From: Lingula anatina
Taxonomy: Eukaryota > Animalia > Brachiopoda
Direction: 5' to 3'
NCBI GenBank assembly: GCA_051362555.1
Contig: CM120641.1
Coordinates: 35,904,401-35,968,400 of the forward strand
DNA length: 64,000 bases
Under the pieces are notes generated by a model. The model was not told the DNA's origin, made no database searches, and was given only the letters and a program-made list of their open reading frames with translations. The translations under genes and the position numbers were made by a program. Positions within the stretch are counted from its first letter, which is position 1, and every line of letters starts with the position of its first letter. Shown in pieces: positions 26,716 to 38,900 of this stretch.

Positions 26716-29700
26716 GAGAGAGAGAGGGGTATAATGTAAGTTCTTTCTATTGATATGTATCTGTTTGTAAACATCATACAATATAGATAAGAACACACAG
26801 TTCAATAATTTTTTTCTATTTAAAACAATTTCAAATTGAGAAAAACTTATATATGACATGATGCTATGATGCCTTTCTAATGAATCAGAATAAAAAATCA
26901 CAGCTGAATTAATCGCAGCACATATTTTACCGGTTTGATATATCCAGTGCATTTTGTGGTATAATTTGAAGTCACGTCTACAGTTGTTATCTGGTTAGAT
27001 GGGGTGTAACTCAACTGCCATGTAATAACTGCACTCAAAGGAAGTCCTCTGTAATTAACACATATATATATACAGTCACCAAAAACATATCATCAACATC
27101 ACTGTCATTTTTTAATATTGCACTCCCTAAATGACCTGCATCAAATTTTAGTATGTCTAACATGTTGATAGAAAAATACATGTCACACAAGTCTCAGAAA
27201 ACTAACCTAAAATTGGGATTTCAGTGCATGAAATGTATAATATTATTGTACAAACCTGGCATTAAAATATATTCCTGCATGTTAGTCATACAAATCATTA
27301 GCATTTTTTTGACAATTTTGTTGTAAATCCTTATAACCAGAAGTAAAGGAGGCACAACAAATAAGTGGAATATTTTCACCCAGTATATCTATTTGAATAT
27401 GGTGTAAGTATGTATGATTTCCAACACTTACACAACTTTGAAGACATACTGATGTCGGCCAGGTCTAAACTTGGAAGGCTGCCCCATGTTAATTGTAGCC
27501 AGTGCTGGCTGTGAAGAATGGAAATTATTTCGTGCTCCTACAGCCAGGTAAATATTATGTGGATTTTGGTTGTCATAGCCCAGCCAGGCATGGTAAGTGT
27601 TACCAAAGTCATCCAAACCAACACAGTTTACAATGGGAAGTAGAAGATCCTGGCCACCCTCTCCATCATAGGGGTCCTTGTATTCTCCTTGGTTGGCTGT
27701 ACATTCTATGGTGCAGTGGCCCAAGCCAACAAAGTCTTGAATAAAAAAGTATTTGGCTTAATTGTCAAAACATTAAATGAGAAGCAACTCATTACATTAA
27801 CTGATATATGAAATCATTTATTTGTTCCTTAAAGATAAATTGATGAGTACTTTGTAAATTTTCAGTCAGTCATTTCAACTGTAATCTATAACAAAAACTA
27901 CAATTACACTTTGAATTATTTCTTGGTATTTTGAAAAGTGTTGAGAGATATTTTATCTCCTGTATGAAGTGCAATGTATCAATATGTACAATCCATGTAA
28001 AGTGTCTTTAACATTACCACTGAGGCATTGAACACAGTCTGGCATTCTGAATCCTGGTTGGCATTCTGTACAACTGGCCCCTGTCCAGTGCCCCCTGGTG
28101 TCATCATTATAGCACTGACATATGGAGCCACCTTTAAAAAATTATTATGTAGTTTTATATATATATTACAAATACATCTATAAAATTATACCACAGAAAT
28201 ATTTGAAAACACCTTGTTTTCTATACTTGGACTTAAAATATCAATTTTCCTAAAAAAGTGTAAATTATCTAGATACATTTCAATAGTCAAATATATCTAA
28301 AACACAGAAGTCGGTACAAATGTTCATATTTTCTCAATACCTGGTAATGTAGCTTCCCCGTGTATACACAATACATTACAGCTGGCATTGTATCCTATGT
28401 AGTTGTCCTCACACCTCTCACACTGCTCTCCTGTGTACTGTGGCACACACCTCTCACAGGCCAGACCAGCAAAACCGTGACCACACACACAGTGGGGAGT
28501 GTTGTTATCCACTGACAACTGACAAGTTCCTGGAACAAATGAAAAACAATACAATCACAATTCAAATATATCTAAATTAAACAGCAGGTATGCAGTATTA
28601 AATTAGCAGGTATGTAGTATCGCACTTTGATAAATTGTTGAGTTAAAGTGTAACCCTGATAAAAACACAAAATATATTGTCAATACATTATGCCAATAAA
28701 ACATTTAGATAGTCTGATTTAAGTTTTATCATCTATCTCATTCAAAACCTGTGACATAAGGCTCAATAGGAACACTGCATTTTAGTCCAAATATATAAAT
28801 ATAGTAAAATAGCCATTAATTTTAACTTTATTTTAATCGAAATATACTCCTACCTCTATCATTACAAGGTGGATCACCAGGACAAACAAGCTGTGAGCAA
28901 TTGGCTCCTTCAAAGCCAGGTTTACACAGACAAATGGACTGTCCTCCTTGTCTGGTGCAGGTGCCTCTATTGGAACAGTCTGGCTCTCCTGGATTTCAAT
29001 AGTTTTATAATACTAACATCATACTGCTAAAATACAAGATCCTTCCAATATTTAAGTTGAAAGTAATACTATATAATCTCAAAAAAAGTTTTATCTTATA
29101 TATAACCTCAAAGTCCTCAATGAGTACTATCCTTAATTCTGACTTTACACTGATATACCTCATAAGCATGCATCTTCACAAATGACTAATATACCTACGG
29201 TAAAGTGCCATGAATTTCGAACGGCTCTTGAATTTCGATCGATCTAAAAATCGGCCGTCTGGAGTTTTTTCTGGACCATGAATTTCGGCCAGTAAGCAAT
29301 TTTGCGCGATCTTCATTTCGTGAATTTCGTACACCTTAAAATCGGCCACCGGGCTATTCTCGCGCTTATAAAGATCTAACAGTCGGCAATGTTGCCCTAG
29401 CGTACCTTTACCTGAGTACTACGTGTGCGGCCCAAGGTGCAAGATAACGATCACTACAGTTAGTTTAGGACGCTAAACAACATCGTCATATCCATTCATT
29501 CAGATAACAGGAGAATCTATTAAGAGTTTCACTGTCGGGCTGTTGTTTCTTTACCGCAGTATTCGGTGTGAGATAGCGATCGGTAGTTTTGCTGAGGCGC
29601 ACAATAGCATTGTTAACAGTAGAGACTTCAGTAACAGAACAAAAGAGCAATATTAAGAGCTGCAATAAAGATTACCATTATTGCTTTCTTGTCTCGCTCA

Positions 29701-32700
29701 GATTTTTTACGATCTCTCGCTGACGATCTTCCACTAATGAAGTCCCTTGAAATGTACAAATGTAATGAAAAATATTTTTAAAAATTATAAATTCCAATGG
29801 AGAGGGATGGAGGGTTAAAAACAATCGAGAACGATCTCCGGCTGACGATCTGCCGCAAACGAAAGCCACTGAACGAGTATGAGCTTTCTCGTTTCACTCG
29901 GATTGAGACGCTGAGGATACGAAAATTGCGTTCTCGTCTCGCCCTTTGGCTTACGAAGTCTCTTTAACAAATATGAAAATTGCCTCCTGGTCTCTCTCGG
30001 ATTGCGAACGATCTCTCGCTGAAAATTTGAAATTTTCCTTTTTGTCAATCAGCTTTGTCAGTTGCCGTGCGTATGAAGGTCCGGAAGGTGTCCCCTTTCA
30101 CAAATTGGCCTGTAGTTTGCTTAGTGTTTTGTACCGCATGAAGGTCACTCTTGTCACTGCTGCATACGGCGTGGAATGTGTATCTTAAAGTTAAAGTTCA
30201 TAGAAACATTTTATTGTGTTTTGTAAGCTTTAGGAAGTAGTTTCGTCGTGACTGAATATCAGCGTACACTACAAAGTAGTACCATTCATCTGTGACGCAT
30301 CATAAAAGCTAGGTACGTCAAATTACTCTAAGAAAATTTCTTACAACGTCCACGGCTGTCCCGACAAGCTAAGACGTCATTTAAAAAAAGTCGCAAGCCG
30401 TCTAGCCGTCTTTGAAAATATGACGGCTGGACGGTTCGCTGGGAAAAGCCTTGCTCATAAGGGTATATTTATTTAACTAGGGGCTTACTGACATCACCCA
30501 GCTTACATGCGGGTGCATGCCTCCCAAAATTATATTAAAGGATAAAATTGTAATATATCTAAGTTTAATTGTTTGTAAATTTTGTAAAAATTGCCCATGC
30601 CACCCCGTTAGTTTGGAGGGTTAAGCTGGATCTAGTCCGTGTCAAAATTCTTTGAAACTTTGCAGGAAAAATCAATCTTCCTTTGTTTCTCTGGCTCCTT
30701 GTTTAGCCCAATGATCAGATTTATCTAGTGCCCCCAGGTCTGCTGGAGCAGCTCTTTGAAATAACACACAGGTAGATTTTTATCTGAGATAAATATTGCG
30801 TTCGATACACTCAAGACAAAAGCTACCTGTGAGCTGAAGGGCACTTTACCCTCTAATTAAGAGGTAAAGCAAGTTCCAGCTAGATGGACGATTAAGATCG
30901 GACTTCAGATGGTAACTAGTATTGTTTACCTCAGTTCTGTGAAAGCAAACGAGAAGGGTGTCAGAACAATGGTGCATAATTATATAAATTATACAGAGAA
31001 TTTGTACATTCAGGTGACATTAACTTATAATCGAAGGGGATTTTCGATAATATTCCTTGAAAAGTACACTAGATTTAAAGAGAATAATATCATGGTTGGC
31101 CAAAAAATTATATAGGCACAGTGTATCCGTGCGTATGCCTGGTTACGCCCCTGTCGCAAACCAGCAAACCATATCCTGCGGACTACATGAAAATTGCCTT
31201 CTACATGTAGCATGGACAAAAAGTCCAAGCTTCTATGCTTGCTCGGATCGCTGACGATCTCTTGCTGACGAATAAAGTAACGAAGTCCCTTGAACTAGTG
31301 TGGAAATTGGCTTATTGTCGCGCTCAGATCGCTCACTATCTCCTATTGACGATCTTCCAGTCCCTTCAACGAATATAAAAACTGCCTTTTCGGTTTACTC
31401 TAGATTACCTATCTCTCGCGTTTGTTTGAAGATGGTTTCAATGACAAAACGTACACGCTTTTCAAATGCGTACATTGACGCAACTATGCGCCAGGAAATC
31501 AGTTGCTGCTGCTGGTTAAGATTGGGTTGCCTGAGCGAAAACAAAATAAATAAAAATAAAACGGCCCTGCACCACCCCCCACCCCCCACCCCCCAAACCT
31601 AGTATATTTGATCGCAGACAACAATCAGCGGTCATCTTGGTCGCAGCGCACGACGGAGAGAGACCGTAATACACAGTTCGGCTGCCGTGGCGAAGGCTAC
31701 CTGTGCGCCGCACATACCGATCTGCGGTCGTAGTGGCCTCCCCGCACGGAGGAGAGGCCGTAGTGCCGAGGCCGGCTTCTGCAGGGAAGGCTACGTATGC
31801 GTCGGAGACACCGACCCGCGAACGGCGAGATGAGGACGCATTCGCGCGTAAAGCTCCGCCCGACTTTAACGGTAAAGGCAACGAACCTGGTCGCGGAAGA
31901 CACTTATCGCAGATGAAGGCTACCTGCACGTGCGCCATAGACACTGATCGGCTGTCGTCTCAGTTTCAGTGCACGGAAAGAAGCAACGGTAACACTAAGA
32001 TTCCATAGTAAAGGTTATCTGGCCGTGGCAGACGCTAATCGTCGGCCGTCTCTCCCTCCGTCCACTCCCGTTCTGAGCGCCAGGATCGTTTTTGAAAAAC
32101 GACACTAGTTTCTGGCTGCCAGAATCGCTTTTGAAAAACGACACTACTTTTGCGGCCCTAAACAACAGCACCGCTCTATCTATGGGCCATACACAGTGAT
32201 CGGGTGAAAGTACGTGTATGCCTTTGGTCGCAATTACCGACACTAACACAATCATACATTATGGTAACTCTAAATAGATCGTCGGGAGAAGATAACAGAA
32301 GGCCTAGCGACGAACAGACAACTTCCGGTCAAAATTGACAGAATTCCATGAAATTCGAACTTTCGGAAGTTCTGAGCACCTCCATTTCATGAATTTCGGC
32401 CAGAACGATCTTTTCCCAAATTTAATTATTTTCTACTGTTCGAAATTCATGGCACATTACCGTATGTATGTATTTGCACATATGTAGTCTGAGCACGCAC
32501 TCACAAACACATGCATGCACGCAGACACACACACACACACACATTGAACCATTTAAGGGCAAAACATGCTCCTACCTGGACAATCCAACTTATTACACAG
32601 AGCACCTTTGTACCCTGTGTCACACAGACAGGAGTTGTTGGAGCACCTCCCGTGTGTGGAACATTCAGTCTCGCAACCAGGGTCTGAGAAACAGGGGTTG

Positions 32701-32948
32701 CACTTGCAGTTCTGGCTAAAAGGAGGATCTTCATGACCATGTACACAAGGTAACTCACAGGAAGGACCCATGGAATTGATGCAGTTGGTACAGCGTGGCA
32801 GTGGAACAGCTTGTCCATCACAGGTGCCTGTGATATTATTAAATATCTTATTCATGGCCATTGAATATCTTGCTTTTATCATCTGTATCTACTGTTACTT
32901 CATACTTAATATTTTCTCTTGCATTTAAGTCACACACACACACACACA

Positions 32949-32993
<45 letters not shown>

Positions 32994-35900
32994 CACAATA
33001 GTAGTAAAATGGCAGTATTTTAGGTATATATAAATTAAATTCAGAATGCATTCAACAGTATGTAATAAAGTAATTGGTAAAACTTGAAAATACTGCCATG
33101 GTTGTGTCAGTGTTGATTAAGACTAAAGAATTAAACATTTCATACCTCTGTTGTTACAGTCTGGAGTACCAGGACAGTCAGGAACGTTACATCCTGCTCC
33201 TTTCCATCCATTGTCACATATGCACTTCTGGTCAGCAATGTTACATGACCCATGGCCACTGCAGTTGGTGAGTACACCTGGACACCCCCTGTAGGTACAG
33301 AGTGGGCCTAAAATATAACATAAAGAGTTTTTTTGTGAAAATAAATTGGCTTATAGATGTAGTAGAGATCAAAGAATAATAATATTTTGACCTTCAGTGA
33401 ATCACAAATGCTTATAATAAGTGATTCATGGGTATTTGTTTCAGGTGATTAAGCTATGTCTAAGAAAGCTCTTTCAGAAACACAAGGAAAATATATTCCT
33501 TCAATTTCATAATGCAGACAGGTGTAATTTTTTGACTCTTTATATATTTGTACCGAAATTCTACAAAATAAATCAATTACTGCATAATAAGCATATCACT
33601 TACCCCACCATGCAGATTCACATTGACATGTTCCATTATTACATCCACCATGTTCATTGCATTGGAAGTCACACCCTGCCCCAGTATAGCATGGCTCGCA
33701 GACACATGTAAAGTCAGGTTGAGGTGTACCATGCAGTGCACTACAAGGTAGTTCACAGGCCAGTCCCATCCAGCCTGACTGGCATCTACACTGGGGTGGA
33801 TCAACACTGGAATCGCATGTACCATGATCAGTGCAGTCTGGCAGGCCTGGGCAGTCAGGGATGTCACATCCTTCCCCTTTCCACCCTGTACGACAGAAGC
33901 ACTGCCGAGTTGAGGAGCACTGCCCATGTGCACTGCATGATGACCCCAAACCTGGGCATTCTGGTTGATCACAGTATTTTCCCCACCATCCAGGGTTGAT
34001 CGAAGATCCATTGGTACAATCACACTGCCCAGCTGCTGTGCATAAGCCATTTCCACCACATATCTGTAGGCAACTGACTCCATGGTGGCACTCATCAAAA
34101 CAACTGCACTGTCCACTGTCCATGGGCTCCTGGATACCATTACAGGGTATATCACAGGCAGGGCCCATCCAACCCTGAGAGCAATTCTTACATGAAGGTA
34201 TGGTTTCTTTTCCATCAACTCTGCAATCTCCTCTGCCACTACAGTTCTTAGGACAATCTGGAATGTGGCAGCCACTGCCCTTCCAGCCTTCAGAGCAGAT
34301 GCATTTCCCTGTGGCTTTGATACAAGAGCCATGGCCTGAACAGTCCATGTTGTACAGCCCTGGGCAGCCAGGGTCAGCACAGTATTCCCCTCGGCCTCCC
34401 TCAAACCCACAGAAACATGTCCCGTTGGCAGTGCAGTGACCAATACCAGAACACAGTTGGTTGCATTCATACCCATGATAACATGGTTCACACAAGCAAG
34501 TATCATTATCCCGATCTACTGAACCATGGGCACAGCTGTACTGACATGCATCACCAAACCAGCCGTCAGTGCAGTTGCATTTTGGGGTGTCCAGAGGAAG
34601 GCAGGTACCATGGTCATTACACTGTTCCTTACACACAGGGATCTCACAGCCTCTGCCAGTCCATCCCCGGTTACACGTGCACTCTCTGGTTGCCCGGTTG
34701 CAATCTCCATGTCCAGAACAGTCAATCCAGTATCCTGGACAGCTGACGATTTCACAGAAATCTCCCCTGTAGCCTTCAAATCCGCAGTCACACGTTTCAT
34801 TAGAGAAGCAAATATTACTGTGACCGGAGCATTTCATGTCACAAGCAAGTCCATTGTAGCACGGCTGACAGTTGCAAGTCCATATACCATCCTCTGTTCT
34901 ATTTGGAGTTCCATAGACACAACGGAGTTCACAGCCATCCCCCATGTAAGGGTGCTGACAATTGACACATCTGGGCTCCTGGCCCTCTGGTGGTAGAGGA
35001 CATTCACCCACTCCATGACAGTTTGGACTTCCAGGACAGTCCGGTTCATCACAGGCCTCGCCAAACCATCCCGGGTTGCAGTCACAAGTCCAGGTGCCAC
35101 GGTTACATGTCCCATGATTGGAGCAATCGTAGGGCCATCCGGGACATCCTGGGAGCTCACACAAGTCACCTTTATAACCCATCAGTTTATTGCACTGGCA
35201 TTTGCTGCCATCTGGTGAGCACTGGCCATGTCCTGAGCACTCTTCATGGCAGCCCACGCCACTGTAACAGGGTGGGTCACACACACAGCCTCTCTCATCA
35301 CCATGGTTGGTGCCATTGACACAGGGCACATTGCAACTCTCTCCAGCCCATTCTGATGTACAGCTGCATATAGGTGGACGCCCTGGGAAGCATCTGCCAT
35401 GACCTATGAACCAAGAACAGTTTACATTAGAAAATATTTCTAGTGCTGGTCATAAAGTTTTAGATTTTTTAAAAAAAATTTAATCTAATATTATTTTCAA
35501 AAGTTACATTCTCACAGGAAAATTTATTCTCTTCCAAAACATTCACAGAGCAGGCCACTGTTGTGGTCATATCCAAACACACCCACAAGTTTGTTAATTT
35601 TTGGTAACAAAAGAAGTGACATGAGCTTGACAAACTGCAGTCTGTGCATTCTGTTAACAAGGCAATACATCATGTATAATTCAACAGATATCATATTTAC
35701 GTGTCATTCACATTTCACACTTTAGCTGGTGTAACGAAAGGCAATGTGTGTCATCCCAATTAATTTATCAATGTAAAATTGATAAATTACCTGAGCACTG
35801 AGATGGACAAGTTGGTAGGCTACAGTCATCCCCTGCCCAGCCAGGATAACATGTGCATTTCTCTACATTGCTGTTACAAGAACCATGTCCATTGCAGTTT

Positions 35901-38900
35901 CCATCTTTACCCGGGCAAGCTTGAATCTCACATCTTTTTCCTATCCAGCTATTCCCTGTAAAAATAAACATTTAAGGTAAACAATGAAATTTGCTTAGGA
36001 GTACTTTCTTGGGAAGACATCAGACTGTAAATCTAGATTGTGTAATAAATTTTACATGCTATAACAGAACTTATTTTTATAAAACTTATTCTTAACAGTA
36101 ACATAATTATGTCTCAAATGTGCCTTATTGACTCAAGAACAAAAATTGAGAAATTTTCAATTAAACATTATTCTGTCAGGCATGCCCGTAAAAAGCTAAA
36201 AAAAGAGAAGCAACACTTACTAAGTTCCCTGTCGCACACACACAGTTTCTCAAGAGGGTCACAATATCCATTTCCTGAGCATTCCTGCTTGCAGTTGTAA
36301 CCAGTATGGCAGAAGTCACACTGACAGTAAACCTGACCAAGTTTGTCAGTCATAACAGTACCATATTTGCATTCTTCATCACAGGCCAAACCAAACCAAT
36401 TCTGAGCAAAATATGCAGAAATAAATGAGTGATGAAATTATCAAAATTCATAATTTTAGTTACTTAAATATTATAGCATATTGCAAAAAGAACCATTTTC
36501 TATCTTACATCTGTATCTACATATTGACAAAAAAAAAAAGTAAAAACAAATTGAATGTAAAATACATGTTCTAACAAATTGATTAGAAACCTAACACAAA
36601 GCACCTGGACACTCACCGTCTGACATGTACATCTGGCCTGGCCATCTGAACCTTCACAAACACCATGTCCACTGCAGTTCTTAGGACACAGAGGAACCTC
36701 ACAACCAGGGCCTGTCCAGTCTGATATCAATTAAAGCAGGAAAATTTCGATAAAAAATATCACAAATATTAGAGTCTGTTGTTAAAATGTTTATTTATGT
36801 TTAGAGCTCATTCACAATATGTCCCAAAAATTAATTTAACCAATAATAATCCCTTTAGATACAAAATAATTAGTAAAATAGTGCAAAAGCTTTTACATAT
36901 ACAATTATTCCAAAAAATTTTGAAGAATACTATGAAGTACAGTTCAGTGCTCTTCAAGAATAATAGCAAGCATACTTTACCTGGGAAACAAGTACACTTC
37001 TGCTCAGCCTTGTTACAAGCACCATTTCCTGAGCAGTCAGTTCCAATTCCTGGGCATCCTTGGACCTCACATTTGCTGCCCCACCAGCCACTTTCACAGC
37101 TACAGTATGTCCCATTCGTACACTCCCCATGTCCACTGCACTCTGCTGTACATCCCCTGCCAGAATAACATGGCAGGCACTGACACACTCCGCTATTGGG
37201 AGGAGTTTGAACACCATAAGTGCACGGGTCATTACAATCAGGTCCCATCCATCCGTGGGTACAGTTGATACAAATCGGTGGGTCGTGGGCAGCCAAACAA
37301 AGGCCCCTGTCCATGCAATCCGGTTCCCCAGGGCAGTCAGGGAGCTCACAGCCGTCTCCTCCCCAGCCAGGGTAACATGTGCATTTATGTATGGCTGCAT
37401 TACAGATGCCATGATCTGTGCAGTCTACATCAACACCTGGGCAGCCTGGGATGTCACACAGGTCTCCTCTCCACCCAACGTCACAGTCACACTTATCGTT
37501 CTTGACAGTCCCGTGGTATGAACACTCCACATCGCAGCCTATCCCCACCCAGCCTGGGTCACAGGTACAATTATCACTGCCTGGTGGATATATGGTGCCA
37601 TGAAGACACTGGGTACCACAGTCCGCGAACATCCATGTTGGATCACACTGGCAAGAGGGAGGATCTGTGGTATCATTGCAGTAGCCATGGCCCGAGCAGT
37701 CTGGCGTCCCAGGGCAATCTGGTAACTCACAGCCCAGTCCTGTCCACCCATTATTACAGGTACACTCTGGTGGGTTACACTCTCCATGACCACTACAGTC
37801 TACGTCATCTAGGAATGTCACACAGAACACCTTTCCAGCCAAGATCACAGTCACATGTACCCGATTTGGATCCATTGATATAGACTGGGTTTGTAATGGT
37901 CCCGTGTTCTGAGCATTCCGAATTACATCCTACTCCCGCCCATCCTTCATAGCACTGACACTGCCCACTGTTTGGAGGCACCTGTATCCCATTTGTGCAT
38001 GGGTCATCACAAGCAGGACCCATCCAGCCTTTCTCACAGTCCTGGCATACAGGGGGGTCCAGTGTGGGATTACAGTATCCTCTGTCATTACAGTTAGGCT
38101 CGCCTGGACAGTCGGGTATCTCACATGCTATCCCCTGCCATCCATTCCTACAAGTACACTTCATCTTTCGACTGTTACAGTTACCATGGCCGCTGCACTC
38201 CCATTTACTATCCCCTCTGGGACAGCCAGGCCGCTGACAGTATCTCCCCTTCCAGCCCACCCAGGGATCACAGTAACACCTGCCTCTGTCTGTGCAGTTA
38301 CCATGATAGGAACACTCAATGTTACATCCCTTCCCATGGTGACAGCGGTCACTGCAGATACATTTTGTATTGTCTGTAGAGGCCAGGCCAAATTCGCAAG
38401 GGTCATCACAGGCTGGACCAAACCAGCCAATGCTACAGTTGCGACAGATAGGTGGATCAAAGCTGGGGTCACAGTGACCACGCCCATTACAGTTGGGTTC
38501 TCCAGGGCAGTCGGGCTCATTACAACCAGGTCCTACAATTTAATGTGTGGTATATAATCAATCATTTAAAAATTCATATCAATAACTTAAAGAAAATCCT
38601 AATGGAAATTTTATATTGCATACAGACAAATGCACGTGGCACTATGTTGGCAGTCTTTCCTATTCAGCTGAAAAAAAGGGACTTAGGGTTAGTGTAAGCT
38701 TGATGCTTACAATGAAATTTGTAATATTTAAGCAGGGTCTGAGGGAGCATATGAGAAAATGTGGGAGGCATTATGTCTTCATTAAACAAACAAAAATGTC
38801 ACTATCTTACAGGCAATTAAATAACAGAAAGCATGTATTAATCCAGTTACATATAATTCAGAATGAACTGCACTAACAAAAACCTCAAAACACTGACCAA

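Noticed and set aside
29838-29870. Hammerhead ribozyme-like CTGACGA...GAAA
   Set aside because: Stem II cannot close (T/C flanks) and stems I and III are not evident; the motif belongs to the element's internal repeat.
31516-32008. GC-rich ORFs as a transposase of the TIR element
   Set aside because: No HTH or DDE/D motifs; the ORFs are explained by local GC richness.
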